Shown one piece after another: positions 34,351-46,372 of a stretch of 64,000 bases of DNA (positions within the stretch are counted from its first letter, which is position 1; every line of letters begins with the position of its first letter). The stretch is from an uncultured Clostridia bacterium. GTDB lineage: Bacteria > Bacillota > Clostridia > TANB77 > CAG-508. Below the pieces are notes generated by a model. The model saw nothing but the letters and a program-made list of their open reading frames with translations. It did no database searches and was not told the origin of the DNA. The translations under genes were made by a program, and so were the position numbers. The stretch lies in NCBI GenBank assembly GCA_947626815.1, contig CANQTN010000005.1, positions 13,868-77,867 of the forward strand, written 5' to 3'.

Positions 34351-34701
34351 TTATCCTTCATTAATATTATCTATAACATCTCTACATTCTTTCCAACTTG
34401 TTACTTTTAAGCAATCATATTCTTTTTCTAATTTTTTAGCAATTTCTTTAGTTTTATCTTCTGATTTCAAATCAGCTACTATTATATTTTTTAGATATTC
34501 TTCTTTACCATACAATATTTTAAACATACTTGACCTCAAAAATCCTTCTATTTCTTCTTCTTGATTTTTTACAGCTATTATTACATAAATTCCATCTGAT
34601 TGAAATTTGGTATATGTAAATATATATACTATTGTCTTTATTATTTCAAATAAACCATACAAAGCTAATGTCCAAAGGATTACACTAAATATAAATTCCA
34701 T
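34351..34701 (-). CDS. small membrane-anchored hypothetical protein resembling a GT2 N-terminal fragment
   Basis: N-terminal TM, then IIAVKNQEEEIEGFLRS...VADLKSEDKT. Confidence 0.6.
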   Translation of the reverse strand: MEFIFSVILWTLALYGLFEIIKTIVYIFTYTKFQSDGIYVIIAVKNQEEEIEGFLRSSMFKILYGKEEYLKNIIVADLKSEDKTKEIAKKLEKEYDCLKVTSWKECRDVIDNINEG

Positions 34702-34835
34702 TTTCTTGCCTCCTATGGTTTTATTATATGTTTTTAATAAAAAAATGCCACATACAGTATACTCAAAAAAAGTAAAAAACGATGACTTACCTAAAATATA
34801 AAAAAACTACCTTTTGGCAGTTTCTTTATATCTTT

Positions 34836-35372
34836 TTATATTAATTGTAATATAGCAACTTCTGCTCCATCTCCACGTCTTGGTCCTGCTTTAACAATAC
34901 GAGTATAACCTCCTACATTTTTTCCAACATATTTTGGAGCTATTTCATTAAATAATTTTGATGGTAAATCAATATTATTTCCTTTACTATCTTTTACTTT
35001 ATTTAATTTTCTCATCATTTTTCTTCTTGCATTTAGTCTTGATGGCATATCTTTTTGTCTCTTTTCAGTAGTTTCTTCTTTTACTACTTTTAAATATTCT
35101 TTATCATTTTTACTTTTTACTAATTCAGTTTCCTTGTTTCCTTTTGAATCTAATTTTGCTTTAACAATTTTAACTTCTACTGTTTCAAAATTATCTTTTT
35201 CTTTTATTGCAAGTGCTATTAAACTATCTGCTATTGATTTTACTTCCTTTGCTCTTGCTTCTGTTGTTTCAATTTTTCCATGTAAAATTAAATCTGTTGT
35301 TAATGTTTTTAACATTGCCATTCTTATATCTGTTGTTCTACCTAATTTTCTATTTGTAGCCAATTTTCTCAC
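34836..35372 (-). CDS. rplQ: 50S ribosomal protein L17 with long internal insertion
   Basis: RKLGRT, IETTEARAKE, GGYTRI..AGPRRGDGAE. Confidence 0.96.
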   Translation of the reverse strand: MRKLATNRKLGRTTDIRMAMLKTLTTDLILHGKIETTEARAKEVKSIADSLIALAIKEKDNFETVEVKIVKAKLDSKGNKETELVKSKNDKEYLKVVKEETTEKRQKDMPSRLNARRKMMRKLNKVKDSKGNNIDLPSKLFNEIAPKYVGKNVGGYTRIVKAGPRRGDGAEVAILQLI

Positions 35373-35378
35373 CTTCCT

Positions 35379-36326
35379 TTACTCGTCATCACTAGCAAAA
35401 TCTAATCCTAATGAATGTAATTTTGCAACTACTTCATCAAATGATTTCTTGCCTAAATTTCTTACTTTCATCATGTCTGTTTCTGTTTTTTTCGTTAAAT
35501 CTTCAACTGTTGCAATTCCTGCTCTTTTTAAACAATTAAATGATCTTACTGATAATTCTAATTCCTCTATAGACATTTCTAATACTTTTTCTTTCTTAGA
35601 TTCTTCTTTTTCTATCATAACTTGCGTATTTTTTGTTGTTTCTGATAAATCAATAAATAATTCTAAATGTCCTGTCATTACCTTTGCAGCCAAACTTAAA
35701 GCTTCATGTGCTTTTAGACTACCATTTGTCCATACTTCAATGATTAGTTTATCATAATCTACCATTTGACCAACTCTGGTATTTTCTACTTGATAGTTGA
35801 CCTTTTTTACTGGTGTATAAATAGAATCTATTGGAAGTACAGATATGTCCTGATTTGCCTTTTTGTTTTTCTCAGCTGAATTGTATCCTCTTCCTTTATC
35901 TGCTACCATCTCCATCTTCAAACTTCCACCTTCTGCAATTGTAGCTATATGTAATTCTGGATTTAATATTTCAACTGTTCCATCTGTTATTATATCTGCT
36001 GCTGTAACTTCTCCTTCACCTTTTACATCTATTCTTAAAGATTTTTCTTCATTTCCGTCAAATTTTAGTCTTACATTTTTTAAGTTTACTATAATCTCTG
36101 GTACATCTTCTACTACATTTGGTATAGTAGAAAATTCATGTAATACTCCATCGATTCTTACACTTATTATAGCACATCCTGGAAGTGATGAAAGCAAAAT
36201 TCTTCTTAAAGAATTTCCTATTGTTACCCCATATCCTCTTTCTAATGGTTCACACACAAATTTAGCATAATTATTTGTATCATCAACCTCTAGACATTCA
36301 ATATTTGGCTTTTCAAATTCTATCAT
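35379..36326 (-). CDS. rpoA: RNA polymerase subunit alpha
   Basis: [37 protein letters not shown]. Confidence 0.98.
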   Translation of the reverse strand: MIEFEKPNIECLEVDDTNNYAKFVCEPLERGYGVTIGNSLRRILLSSLPGCAIISVRIDGVLHEFSTIPNVVEDVPEIIVNLKNVRLKFDGNEEKSLRIDVKGEGEVTAADIITDGTVEILNPELHIATIAEGGSLKMEMVADKGRGYNSAEKNKKANQDISVLPIDSIYTPVKKVNYQVENTRVGQMVDYDKLIIEVWTNGSLKAHEALSLAAKVMTGHLELFIDLSETTKNTQVMIEKEESKKEKVLEMSIEELELSVRSFNCLKRAGIATVEDLTKKTETDMMKVRNLGKKSFDEVVAKLHSLGLDFASDDE

Positions 36327-36412
36327 TTTTACCTCCTAAATATTCGAGATATACTTCTCAAAAACAAATTTTATAGTTTTGATTAAAACTTCATTTTTAA
36401 TTTTTACCATTA

Positions 36413-37039
36413 TTATTTTGAGTAAAGCTCTACTATTAAATGTTCTTCGATTGGAATATCAATATCTTCTCTAGATGCTAATCTTATTACTTTTCCACTT
36501 AAATTTTTATTATCTCTTTCCAACCATGCAGGTACAGGTCTTTTGCTTGACTCTTCTGCATTGATTTTTATAGTAGCATTATCTTTTTTGTTTTCTTTTA
36601 TCGTAATTATATCTCCTGCTTTTACTAGATAAGATGGAATATCAACTTTCTTTCCATTAACTTCAAATTGTCCATGGTTTACAAATTGTCTTGCTTGAGC
36701 TCTAGATGTTCCATATCCTAATCTATAAATAACATTATCTAATCTACTCTCTAATAATTGTAATAAGTTCTCACCTGTTACTCCTTTTTTATTAGAAGCC
36801 ATTTCAAAATATTTTCTAAATTGTTTTTCTCCAACTCCATAATATGCTTTTGTTTTTTGTTTTTCTCTTAACTGACTACCGTATTCAGAAAGTTTTGCTC
36901 TTTTTTGTCCATGTTGACCTGGAGCATAATTTCTTCTAGATATACTACATTTATCAGTATAACATCTTTCACCTTTTAAGAACAATTTTTGTCCTTCTCT
37001 ACGGCATCTACGGCATTGTTCGTCTTTATATCTTGACAT
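36413..37039 (-). CDS. rpsD: 30S ribosomal protein S4
   Basis: [24 protein letters not shown]. Confidence 0.98.
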   Translation of the reverse strand: MSRYKDEQCRRCRREGQKLFLKGERCYTDKCSISRRNYAPGQHGQKRAKLSEYGSQLREKQKTKAYYGVGEKQFRKYFEMASNKKGVTGENLLQLLESRLDNVIYRLGYGTSRAQARQFVNHGQFEVNGKKVDIPSYLVKAGDIITIKENKKDNATIKINAEESSKRPVPAWLERDNKNLSGKVIRLASREDIDIPIEEHLIVELYSK

Positions 37040-37111
37040 TTTCTTACTCCTTTCATTTTTCTTTTAAGGTACACAAAAATCATACATTAATTTTTATGCT
37101 ATATATCATTA

Positions 37112-37507
37112 TTAAACTCTTCTTCTTTTTGGTGGTCTACAACCATTATGTGGTATTGGTGTTACATCTTTAATAGCACTTATTTCAAGTCCAGCTGTTT
37201 GAAGTGCACGAATTGCAGCTTCTCTTCCCGCACCTGGTCCTTTTACAAATACTTCTACTGTTTTTAAACCATGTTCCATAGCAGATTTAGCAGCTGTTTC
37301 TGCAACTTGACCTGCTGCATATGGTGTACTTTTTCTAGATCCTTTAAAACCTAATCCACCAGCACTTCCCCATGAAATACTATTTCCTTGTGTATCAGTA
37401 ATTGTAACTATTGTATTATTAAAAGTAGAATGAATATGAGCAGCACCTTTTTCGATGTTTTTTCTATTTCTTCTTGCTACTTTTTTTGTTGTTACATTCT
37501 TAGCCAT
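37112..37507 (-). CDS. rpsK: 30S ribosomal protein S11
   Basis: [25 protein letters not shown]. Confidence 0.98.
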   Translation of the reverse strand: MAKNVTTKKVARRNRKNIEKGAAHIHSTFNNTIVTITDTQGNSISWGSAGGLGFKGSRKSTPYAAGQVAETAAKSAMEHGLKTVEVFVKGPGAGREAAIRALQTAGLEISAIKDVTPIPHNGCRPPKRRRV

Positions 37508-37552
37508 TTTGCTTTTTTCCTCCTTATTTCATTATTACATTTTTAATTAACT

Positions 37553-37924
37553 TTAATCTTTTTTGCTTTTACTAACTAACTTTCTAGGACCTTTTCTTGT
37601 TCTAGCATTTGTTTTTGTTCTTTGTCCTCTAACTGGAAGCCCTCTTCTATGTCTTAATCCTCTATAACATCCTATTTCTGTAAGTCTTTTTATATTAAGA
37701 GCAACTTCTCTTCTTAAATCACCCTCAACTGTATATGATTCATCAATTGCTTTTCTAATATCATTTACTTGGTCATCTGTTAAGTCTTTTACTCTAGTGT
37801 CTGGATTAATTCCTGCTTTTTCAAGAATTTTTCTAGAACTTGATACTCCTATTCCATAAATGTATGTAAGTCCTATTTCTACTCTTTTTTCCTTTGGTAA
37901 ATCTACTCCCGCTATACGAGCCAT
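37553..37924 (-). CDS. rpsM: 30S ribosomal protein S13
   Basis: [25 protein letters not shown]. Confidence 0.98.
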   Translation of the reverse strand: MARIAGVDLPKEKRVEIGLTYIYGIGVSSSRKILEKAGINPDTRVKDLTDDQVNDIRKAIDESYTVEGDLRREVALNIKRLTEIGCYRGLRHRRGLPVRGQRTKTNARTRKGPRKLVSKSKKD

Positions 37925-38130
37925 ATTTTTTTGCACCTCCAAATTTAATAATTGTTTGTTTTATTTTGTTTGTCCTAAAATTTTAAAGGTGAAATGCACT
38001 AGCGTTTACTCTAGCCTCTTTAAACTTTTTAAGACATATATATATACACAAATTGATATGTAACCCTTTTAATTTAAGGTTCACAGCCGCTACCGAATTT
38101 GTGTTATAAACTTATTTCAAGGTATATTAA

Positions 38131-38244
38131 TTATCCTTGTCTTTGTTTGTGTTTAGGGTTTTCACAAATAACTCTAATTACACCTTTTCTTTTTATTACT
38201 TTGCATTTATCACATATTTTTTTTACTGATGGTCTTACTTTCAT
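38131..38244 (-). CDS. rpmJ: 50S ribosomal protein L36 (missing from the ORF track)
   Basis: Translated by hand: [37 protein letters not shown]. Confidence 0.97.
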   Translation of the reverse strand: MKVRPSVKKICDKCKVIKRKGVIRVICENPKHKQRQG

Positions 38245-38292
38245 TTTTTGCACCTCCTCTTAGTTACAAGTCTTTGGGTTAATTTCTATATT

Positions 38293-38511
38293 TTATTTTG
38301 CTCTCCAAGTAATTCTTCCTCTTGTTAAATCGTAAGGTGATAATTCTACTTTTACCTTATCACCTGGTAAAATTTTTATATAATTCATTCGTAATTTTCC
38401 AGATATATGTGCTAATATTTGATGTCCATTTTCAAGTTCTACTTTGAAATTAGTATTTGGTAACGCTTCAACAACCGTTCCTTCTACTTCAATAACATCC
38501 TCTTTTGCCAT
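38293..38511 (-). CDS. infA: translation initiation factor IF-1
   Basis: [28 protein letters not shown]. Confidence 0.98.
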   Translation of the reverse strand: MAKEDVIEVEGTVVEALPNTNFKVELENGHQILAHISGKLRMNYIKILPGDKVKVELSPYDLTRGRITWRAK

Positions 38512-38624
38512 TTAAAATATCCTTCCTTTCTACTTTACAATTTAAAATTTCTCGAAGAGCTCTATATTTCAATGATTTTTAAGCAAAATATCGCTATTTT
38601 GCATTATAACTATTGTATTATATA

Positions 38625-39401
38625 CTATTTTTCAAGTATTGTCAATATTTCTGGCTCTTTTTCTGTAATTAAAATTGTATTTTCATAATGTGCTGATAAG
38701 CTTCCATCTTCTGTTACTATTGTCCAACCATCATCTAGTTCTAAAATATTAGGTTTTCCTTGTATTACCATTGGCTCTATTGCAAGTGTCATACCTGGCT
38801 CTAGTCTTATTCCTCTACCTGCTTTGCCATAATTTGGTATCCCTGGATCCTCATGCATTTTTCTACCAATTCCATGTCCTTGAAATTCTTTAATTACAGA
38901 ATATCCTTGTGAATGTACATATTCTCCAATTGCATGACATACATCACCTATTCTATTTCCAACTTTTGCATATTTTATTCCTTCAAAAAATGCTTGTTTT
39001 GTTACTTCAACTAAATTTTGAGCATCTTTTGATGCTTTTCCTACAATAAAAGTTCTAGCTGCATCCCCATTAAAACCATTCTTTAATGCTACTGTATCAA
39101 CACTTACAATATCTCCTTCTTTTATTATTCTATTTTTTGATGGTATTCCATGAATTATTTCATCATTAATAGAAACACAAATTGATGAAGGAAATGGTGG
39201 TATTCCTTTTACTCCAATATTATAGCCTTTCTCAGCTGGAATAGCCCCCAAATTTCTCATTGTTTTTTCTGCAATTTGATCTAATTCCCATGTTGACATT
39301 CCTGGTCTTATACTTTTTTCTAATTCTTCATATGTCAAAGCAACAACTTTGCAAGCCTCTCTCATTAATTCTATTTCTTTTTTTGATTTTATAGTTACCA
39401 C
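38625..39401 (-). CDS. map: methionine aminopeptidase type I
   Basis: SINDEIIHGIP, GDAART, GHGIG..HEDP, AIEPM, SAHYENT. Confidence 0.97.
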   Translation of the reverse strand: MVTIKSKKEIELMREACKVVALTYEELEKSIRPGMSTWELDQIAEKTMRNLGAIPAEKGYNIGVKGIPPFPSSICVSINDEIIHGIPSKNRIIKEGDIVSVDTVALKNGFNGDAARTFIVGKASKDAQNLVEVTKQAFFEGIKYAKVGNRIGDVCHAIGEYVHSQGYSVIKEFQGHGIGRKMHEDPGIPNYGKAGRGIRLEPGMTLAIEPMVIQGKPNILELDDGWTIVTEDGSLSAHYENTILITEKEPEILTILEK

Positions 39402-39434
39402 TTTTTTCGCTTCTCCCTCAAAATGATATATTTA

Positions 39435-40103
39435 CTATTTTTTTAAAACATTATTAATAATATCTTCTGCAACATCTTTTCCCATTCTATTTATTGACAT
39501 ACTAACTGTTTCTGTTCTTAATACACCTTTTTCTTTATAATATTCTACTAATGGTGCTGTTTGTGTCTCATATGTTTCTAATCTCTTATTTATAACTACT
39601 GGATCTAAGTCATCTTCTCTTTGTTTTAATGGTGCTCCACATCTATCACATATTCCTTCTACCTTTGGTGGATGTAATTTCGTATTATAAATCAATTTGC
39701 ATTCTGGATTTGAACAAATCCTTCTTGTTAACATTCTATCGATTATTTCTTCTCTTGGAGTTGATAAATTTATTACTAAATTTACTTTTTTACCTGATTT
39801 TTTCAAAATTTCGTCTAAACTTTTTGCTTGCTCTATTGTCCTTGGAAATCCATCTAAAATTGCACCATCCTCTGCATCCTTTTCTTGTAACCTATTTGCT
39901 ACCATTGGTACTGTTATTTCATCTGGTACTAAATTACCTTGTGATATATATTTATCAGCTTCTATACCTAATTCAGTCTTTTCACTTATATTTAGCCTAA
40001 ATATATCTCCTGTAGAGATTTGTGGTAATTTAGTCTGCTCACTTATTAATCCAGCAACCGTTCCTTTACCAGTTCCTTGTGCTCCTAACATTATGATTAC
40101 CAT
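39435..40103 (-). CDS. adk: adenylate kinase (zinc-lid type)
   Basis: GAQGTGKGT, STGDIFR, LDGFPRT, lid with C..C and C..C; ATG at 40103. Confidence 0.96.
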   Translation of the reverse strand: MVIIMLGAQGTGKGTVAGLISEQTKLPQISTGDIFRLNISEKTELGIEADKYISQGNLVPDEITVPMVANRLQEKDAEDGAILDGFPRTIEQAKSLDEILKKSGKKVNLVINLSTPREEIIDRMLTRRICSNPECKLIYNTKLHPPKVEGICDRCGAPLKQREDDLDPVVINKRLETYETQTAPLVEYYKEKGVLRTETVSMSINRMGKDVAEDIINNVLKK

Positions 40104-40355
40104 ATTCAACACTTCCTTTACTATAAGATTCAGATTATTTTTACATCCCGCCAAAAAAACAAAGTTAATAATCTTTATCATATCTACAATTATCATTTTA
40201 TTTATAAACATGACAAAAATTATTAAGTGTTACCATTCAGAGAAAACAAAAAACTTTAAAACATAAAAAACGTATTTCATTTTTAAATAATTTTATATTA
40301 TCTCTGAATAGTAACATTACTTTTATGACTTTCATAAATTTTTACATACTTAATA

Positions 40356-41675
40356 TTATTCTAAAAATCCTTTATAGTGTCTCATTGCTAATAAAGATTC
40401 TAATTGTTGAACTGTTTCTAGTGCAACACCTACAACAATTAATATTGATGTACCACCAAAAGCTATATTAAGATTTGTAAATCTTAATAACATTGGTAAA
40501 ATTGCAATCAATGCTAAGAAAAGTCCACCAAACCATGTTAATTTTGATATTATTGAAGCTAAATAGTCTGTTGTTGGCTTTCCTGCTCTAATTCCTGGAA
40601 TAAATCCTCCATTTTTCTTAATAGTATTAGATACTTCTGCTGGATTAAATGTTGCAAAAGTATAGAAAAATGTAAATCCAACAATTAACAATAAATACAC
40701 AATAGCATTAGCTATTGAATAGCCTATACCAACATTTGACGTTGATGTAGCTATTGAAAATTTATATAATCCCGCTAAAAATCCTCCTGCTCTACTTTCA
40801 ATATCAGATACAAATATTTGAATAATTAAAGCTGGAAATGTCATAAATGAAGAAGCAAATATAACTGGCATAACACCTGCCATAGCAAGTTTTAATGGTA
40901 TATGTGTACTTTGTGCTCCCATCATCTTTCTTCCTACTACTTTTTTAGAATATTGTACTGGTACTCTTCTTTCAGCTTGTTGCACAAATACAACCCCTGC
41001 AACCAATATTAAAGCTCCAATTATAATACCTAATGAAAGTAATACACCTGTTGTACTAAACCCTGATGATGGTAAAATTAAATCCCATAATGTTGTAATT
41101 CCAGCTGGTAATCTAGAAATAATACCAACAAAAATTAATAACGAAATTCCATTTCCCACACCTTTATTAGTTATTTGTTCTCCAAGCCACATTAATATAG
41201 ATGTTCCTGTCAATAAACTTACTATTACTAATGGTGCTGTATATTTTCCTTCTACAAATATTCCTGATGATTTATATGTAAAATATAAACCTAAAGCTTC
41301 TACTAAAGCTAAAATAACAGTCAATATTTTCGTATAACGATTTATTTTCTTTCTTCCTTCTTCTCCACCTTCTTTAGTTAATTTTTCTAAAGATGGTATT
41401 ATCATTGCTAATAATTGAATAACAATAGATGATGTAATATATGGAGTTATTGACATAGCAAAAACTGAAAATCTAGAAAATGCCCCACCTGAAATCATAT
41501 CAATTAATCCTGCTATTCCATTTGCATTTCCCATTGCATCATTTAATGCTACACTATCTACTCCTGGCACTGTTATATAACATCCAAATCTAAATACTAC
41601 AATTAACAATAATGTATATATTAATCTTTTCCTTACATCTGGTGTTTTAAGAGCATTTTTTATAGTTTTAAACAA
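40356..41675 (-). CDS. secY: preprotein translocase subunit SecY
   Basis: ITPYITSSI, GVGNGISL, FIPGIRAG, FGGTSILI. Confidence 0.98.
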   Translation of the reverse strand: MFKTIKNALKTPDVRKRLIYTLLLIVVFRFGCYITVPGVDSVALNDAMGNANGIAGLIDMISGGAFSRFSVFAMSITPYITSSIVIQLLAMIIPSLEKLTKEGGEEGRKKINRYTKILTVILALVEALGLYFTYKSSGIFVEGKYTAPLVIVSLLTGTSILMWLGEQITNKGVGNGISLLIFVGIISRLPAGITTLWDLILPSSGFSTTGVLLSLGIIIGALILVAGVVFVQQAERRVPVQYSKKVVGRKMMGAQSTHIPLKLAMAGVMPVIFASSFMTFPALIIQIFVSDIESRAGGFLAGLYKFSIATSTSNVGIGYSIANAIVYLLLIVGFTFFYTFATFNPAEVSNTIKKNGGFIPGIRAGKPTTDYLASIISKLTWFGGLFLALIAILPMLLRFTNLNIAFGGTSILIVVGVALETVQQLESLLAMRHYKGFLE

Positions 41676-42110
41676 TTAAATCACCTCAGTCTTTCCGCCT
41701 AAAGCTTCAATTTGTTCTTTTGCTTTTGCAGTAAATCTTTTGGCTTTAACATTTAATTTCTTTTCTAATTTTCCTGTTGCTAAAACCACAATTCCAGAAT
41801 TTATTTTATCAATAATTCCTTCATCTAACAATGTTTGTGCTGTAACATCTGTTGCCTTTGATTTATTTAACATTTTTAATGTTACTTCAGTATATTGCTT
41901 TGCATGAATATTTGTAAATCCTCTTTTTGGTAATCTTCTATATAATGGTGTTTGACCACCTTCAAAACCACGTCTTACTCCTCCACCACTTCTTGCTTTT
42001 TGACCTTTATGTCCTCTTCCTGCAGTTTTTCCATTTCCAGAAGCAATTCCGCGACCTACTCTATTTCTTTTTACTTTACTTACAGCTGGTTTTAATTCAT
42101 TTAGTTTCAT
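41676..42110 (-). CDS. rplO: 50S ribosomal protein L15
   Basis: [29 protein letters not shown]. Confidence 0.97.
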   Translation of the reverse strand: MKLNELKPAVSKVKRNRVGRGIASGNGKTAGRGHKGQKARSGGGVRRGFEGGQTPLYRRLPKRGFTNIHAKQYTEVTLKMLNKSKATDVTAQTLLDEGIIDKINSGIVVLATGKLEKKLNVKAKRFTAKAKEQIEALGGKTEVI

Positions 42111-42128
42111 GAAAGTTTGCACCTCCTT

Positions 42129-42614
42129 CTATAAAATTTCTTCTACTTTTTTACCTCTTTTTTTAGCTACCATTTCAACTGTTTGCATAGATTTTAAACC
42201 TTCTATTGTAGCATAAACAACATTTCTTGGATTATTTGTTCCAATAACTTTTGTTCTTATGTTTTTATAACCTGCAAGTTCCATAACTGGTCTAACACTA
42301 CCTCCTGCTATTATACCAGTACCAACTTCTGCTGGTTTTAGCATAACTTTTGCACTTCCAAAAGTTCCAATAAATTCATGAGGTACTGTAGTATTAACTA
42401 TTGGCACTTCAACTAAATTCTTTTTAGCTTCTTGAATAGCCTTTTTTATAGCATCTGGAACTTCTGATGCTTTACCATTTCCAACACCTACATGACCATT
42501 TTCATCTCCTACTACTACTATAGCACTAAATCTAAAAGTTCTACCACCTTTAACAACTTTAGCAACCCTATTAATAGCAACTACTTTTTCCTTTAATTCA
42601 TTTTTTTCTTCCAT
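42129..42614 (-). CDS. rpsE: 30S ribosomal protein S5
   Basis: [22 protein letters not shown]. Confidence 0.98.
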   Translation of the reverse strand: MEEKNELKEKVVAINRVAKVVKGGRTFRFSAIVVVGDENGHVGVGNGKASEVPDAIKKAIQEAKKNLVEVPIVNTTVPHEFIGTFGSAKVMLKPAEVGTGIIAGGSVRPVMELAGYKNIRTKVIGTNNPRNVVYATIEGLKSMQTVEMVAKKRGKKVEEIL

Positions 42615-42636
42615 AGGTTTTGATTTCCTCCTTTAC

Positions 42637-42996
42637 TTAAAACTTTAATCCGCCTTCTCTAGCAGCTTCTGCCAATTCTTTTACAACACCATGATAAACA
42701 TATCCACCACGATCAAATACTACTGTATCTATCTTTTTATCTAATGCTTTTTTAGCAATTAAAGTTCCCAACTCTTTGGCAGCTTGTTTATTAGCATATT
42801 TTGTTTTTATTTGTTTATCTAATGTTGAAGCAGATACTAATGTATTTCCTGCAACATCGTCAATAATTTGCACATATAAATTAGTATTACTTCTATATAC
42901 ACATAGTCTTGGTCTTTCACTAGTTCCAGACACTTTCGTTCTTACACGAATATGTCTTCTAGTTCTTTCCATTTTTCTATCTGTTTTCTTAATCAT
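42637..42996 (-). CDS. rplR: 50S ribosomal protein L18
   Basis: [19 protein letters not shown]. Confidence 0.98.
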   Translation of the reverse strand: MIKKTDRKMERTRRHIRVRTKVSGTSERPRLCVYRSNTNLYVQIIDDVAGNTLVSASTLDKQIKTKYANKQAAKELGTLIAKKALDKKIDTVVFDRGGYVYHGVVKELAEAAREGGLKF

Positions 42997-43173
42997 TTTT
43001 TTACTCCTTTCTAAAAAATGTTGAAAATGCTGATTCTTACTTACTTTTCAATTTTGATGAAATTGATTATATTGTGCATTTTTGTGATTTATAAAAAGCT
43101 GAGATAGTACATTGGTACATCGATGTTTTTTATAAATTGCAAAAATGTGTAAGATAAGTGATTTCATCAAAAT

Positions 43174-43710
43174 TTACTTGCCAGTCTTACCAACCTTACG
43201 TCTAATAACCTCATCAGCATATTTAATTCCCTTACCTCTATAAACCTCAGGTGGTCTTTTAGTTCTAATATCAGCTGCAGTTTGACCAACTAATTCTTTA
43301 TCAATACCTCTAACAATAATAGTATTTGGATTTGGAACATCAAAAGTAATACCTTTAGGTGCTTCAAACAATACTGGATGAGAATATCCTAAAGTCAAGT
43401 TTAAATCATTACCTTGTTTTGCTACTCTATATCCAACGCCGTTTATTTGTAATTCCTTAGTATACTCATCTTTTACACCAATAATCATATTATTAATTAA
43501 ATTTCTTGTTAAACCATGTAAACTTTTATTTTCTGGCTCATCATCTTTTCTTGTAACTTTAATTACATTTTCTTGCATCTCCACAGAAATATTTTTATGT
43601 ATTTCTCTTTCTAATGTACCCTTTGGTCCTGTTACAGTAATTTTTTGTCCATCGATTTTTACTTGTACTTCTGATGGTACTGTAATAAGTTTATTTCCTA
43701 TTCTTGACAC
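43174..43710 (-). CDS. rplF: 50S ribosomal protein L6
   Basis: GTG start SRIGNK, GPKGTL, GVGYR, YRGKGIKY. Confidence 0.97.
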   Translation of the reverse strand: MSRIGNKLITVPSEVQVKIDGQKITVTGPKGTLEREIHKNISVEMQENVIKVTRKDDEPENKSLHGLTRNLINNMIIGVKDEYTKELQINGVGYRVAKQGNDLNLTLGYSHPVLFEAPKGITFDVPNPNTIIVRGIDKELVGQTAADIRTKRPPEVYRGKGIKYADEVIRRKVGKTGK

Positions 43711-43753
43711 TTTTTTCACCTTCCTTTTTTATTGTCTCTATACGTTTAACATT

Positions 43754-44152
43754 TTACCAAACATAAGCTAAAACTTCTCCACCAACACCTAGTTGTCTTG
43801 CTTCCTTATCTGTTTTCAAACCTTTTGAAGTAGAAATAATAGCAATTCCTAATCCATTTAACACTTTTGGTAAATCTTCTTTTGAAGCATAAACTCTTAG
43901 ACCTGGTTTACTAATTCTTTTTAAACCATCAATTACTCTTGTTCCTTTTTCGTCATACTTTAAAGTAATTCTAATTATTCCTTGAGCATTATCTTTAATT
44001 TCTTCAAAAGATTTTATATATCCTTCTTTATATAAAATTTCAGCAATACCTAATTTCATATTTGAACTAGGTACATCCACTGTTTTATGTTTTGAACTGT
44101 TTGCATTTCTAATTCTTGTTAACATATCTGCTATTGGATCTGTAATATTCAT
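43754..44152 (-). CDS. rpsH: 30S ribosomal protein S8
   Basis: [23 protein letters not shown]. Confidence 0.98.
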   Translation of the reverse strand: MNITDPIADMLTRIRNANSSKHKTVDVPSSNMKLGIAEILYKEGYIKSFEEIKDNAQGIIRITLKYDEKGTRVIDGLKRISKPGLRVYASKEDLPKVLNGLGIAIISTSKGLKTDKEARQLGVGGEVLAYVW

Positions 44153-44202
44153 TAATTACTTACCTCCTTCTTTAACTTTTTCATTCATTATAATAACTTT
44201 TA

Positions 44203-44388
44203 TTACCAGCTAGCTTTCTTAACACCTGGAATTTCTCCTCTATGAGCTAGTTCTCTAAAACAAACACGGCATATACCATATTTTCTAATATACGCATGTG
44301 GTCTTCCACATAATTTGCATCTGTTGTATTCACGAGTTTTATATTTTTGTGGTCTTGCTTGTTTTATCTTCATTGACTTTTTAGCCAT
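44203..44388 (-). CDS. rpsN: 30S ribosomal protein S14 type Z
   Basis: RCKLCGRPH...CRVCFRE. Confidence 0.97.
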   Translation of the reverse strand: MAKKSMKIKQARPQKYKTREYNRCKLCGRPHAYIRKYGICRVCFRELAHRGEIPGVKKASW

Positions 44389-44470
44389 GGTTTTTCTCCT
44401 TTCATTTTAATAAATTAATCTGGTTATGCAACTTCGTTTGAATTATATAAATCATCTTAGAGCTTTTTTA

Positions 44471-45016
44471 CTATACAGCTGACTTAAATGGCATTCCTAA
44501 TAATTTCAACAACTCTTTAGATTCTTCATCTGTTTTAGCTGTTGTTACAAATATAATGTCCATTCCTCTTAATTTATCAATTTTATCATATTCAATTTCA
44601 GGAAATATTAATTGTTCTTTTATACCCATAGAATAATTTCCTCTACCATCAAAAGAATTTGCTGATACTCCTCTAAAGTCTCTAACTCTTGGAAGTGCTA
44701 TATTAAATAGTTTATAAGCAAAATCATACATTTTATCTGATCTTAATGTTACTTTGCAACCTATATTAACACCTTCTCTTATTTTAAATGCTGCAATTGA
44801 TTTCTTTGCTTTTGTTACTACTGGTTTTTGACCTGTAATTTGCATTAAATCATTCATTGCACTCTCTAAAGCCTTAGGATTCTCTTTTAAATCTCCTAAT
44901 CCTATATTAATTACTATTTTATCAAGTTTTGGAACTTGCATAATTGATTTATATTCGAATTTTTTCATTAATGCTGGGATTACTTCTTTTATATATTGTT
45001 CTTTTAATTTTTCCAT
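44471..45016 (-). CDS. rplE: 50S ribosomal protein L5
   Basis: [22 protein letters not shown]. Confidence 0.98.
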   Translation of the reverse strand: MEKLKEQYIKEVIPALMKKFEYKSIMQVPKLDKIVINIGLGDLKENPKALESAMNDLMQITGQKPVVTKAKKSIAAFKIREGVNIGCKVTLRSDKMYDFAYKLFNIALPRVRDFRGVSANSFDGRGNYSMGIKEQLIFPEIEYDKIDKLRGMDIIFVTTAKTDEESKELLKLLGMPFKSAV

Positions 45017-45044
45017 TGATTATTAATCCTCCTTTCCTATAATC

Positions 45045-45353
45045 TTATTTTAAATTTGCACCGCATTTTTTACAAACACGTATTTTTTTATCTTTTTCCA
45101 TACTATACCCTATTTTAGTTGCTTTTCCACATTTTGGACACACAATGTTTACTTTTGAAACTGGTATAGCACATTCTACTGAAATTATTCCACTTTCGTC
45201 TCCTTGTTTTCTTGCTTTAACATGTTTTTTTCTAACATTTACATCTTTAACAATAATTTTATCAGATTTTGGATTAACTTGTAATACTTCTCCTTTTGCA
45301 CCTTTATCATTTCCTGACAAAACTTGAACATTGTCTCCTTTTTTTATTTTCAT
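45045..45353 (-). CDS. rplX: 50S ribosomal protein L24
   Basis: IKKGDNVQVLSGNDKG KOW motif. Confidence 0.97.
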   Translation of the reverse strand: MKIKKGDNVQVLSGNDKGAKGEVLQVNPKSDKIIVKDVNVRKKHVKARKQGDESGIISVECAIPVSKVNIVCPKCGKATKIGYSMEKDKKIRVCKKCGANLK

Positions 45354-45392
45354 GGAGCCTTCCTCCTTTTCTTGATTTTTATATTTTAGATT

Positions 45393-45761
45393 TTATAAAA
45401 CTTCTGGAGCTAATGAAAGTATTTTCATATAGTCCTTTTCTCTTAATTCTCTTGCAACTGGGCCAAAGATACGTGTTCCTCTTGGAGTTTTATCATCTTT
45501 GATAATTACAGCTGCATTTTCATCAAATTTTATATATGAACCATCTGCTCTTCTTAATCCTTTTCTAGATCTTACTATAACTGCTTTTACAACATCACCT
45601 TTTTTAACAACTCCTCCTGGTGTTGCTGATTTAACAGAAGCAACTATTACATCACCTATGTTAGATGTTTTTCTATAAGAACCACCTAAACATCTAATAC
45701 ACATAATTTCTTTAGCTCCTGTATTGTCTGCTACTTTTAATATTGTTTGTTGTTGTATCAT
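45393..45761 (-). CDS. rplN: 50S ribosomal protein L14
   Basis: [21 protein letters not shown]. Confidence 0.98.
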   Translation of the reverse strand: MIQQQTILKVADNTGAKEIMCIRCLGGSYRKTSNIGDVIVASVKSATPGGVVKKGDVVKAVIVRSRKGLRRADGSYIKFDENAAVIIKDDKTPRGTRIFGPVARELREKDYMKILSLAPEVL

Positions 45762-45795
45762 TTTAATGGTTCCTCCTTTCTTACATTTTTATTAT

Positions 45796-46059
45796 CTATT
45801 TAATGTCTGCTTTTTCCATAACTTCAACCAATCTCCATCTTTTATCTTTAGAAAGTGGTCTTGTTTCCATTACTTTTACTTTATCACCAATTTGGCAAAC
45901 ATTTTCTTCATCATGAGCCTTTAATTTGTATGTTCTTTTTACTGTTTTTCCATACATCTTATGACTTACACTTGTTTCAACAGCTACTACAATCGTTTTA
46001 TCCATTTTATTAGATAATACTGTTCCAATCATAACTTTGCGAAGATTTCTTTCTTCCAT
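45796..46059 (-). CDS. rpsQ: 30S ribosomal protein S17
   Basis: [19 protein letters not shown]. Confidence 0.98.
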   Translation of the reverse strand: MEERNLRKVMIGTVLSNKMDKTIVVAVETSVSHKMYGKTVKRTYKLKAHDEENVCQIGDKVKVMETRPLSKDKRWRLVEVMEKADIK

Positions 46060-46153
46060 TTAGAATTTCTCCTTTCCTCTTTTTAACAAGTTTTTAATAA
46101 TTTATAACTACTATTTATATATATTACATCATTAATAACTCAAATAAATTTTA

Positions 46154-46372
46154 TTAGTTAGCTTTTTTGCTTTCTGCTATTTTTCTTTCTGTCAATACAG
46201 TATTTATTTTAGCTATATCTCTTTTTACTTCTTTTATTTTCATTGGATTATCTAATCCATTTGTAGCTAAACTAAATTTTAATTTGAATAACTCTGTTTT
46301 TAGTTCACCTAATTCTTTCTCTAAATCTGGTGAAGACATTTCTCTTATCTTATTTATCTTCATCATTTTCAC
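46154..46372 (-). CDS. rpmC: 50S ribosomal protein L29
   Basis: ELFKLKF...[17 protein letters not shown]. Confidence 0.95.
   Translation of the reverse strand: MKMMKINKIREMSSPDLEKELGELKTELFKLKFSLATNGLDNPMKIKEVKRDIAKINTVLTERKIAESKKAN

Noticed and set aside
35040-35220. Long insertion in L17
   Set aside because: Extended L17 proteins occur in other Clostridia; the insertion is in frame with no intein or frameshift signature.
39435-40211. N-terminal extensions on adk (also the HD-like gene, cmk, rpsM, rplO)
   Set aside because: These come from the ORF caller taking the farthest start; RBS-supported downstream starts give normal lengths.
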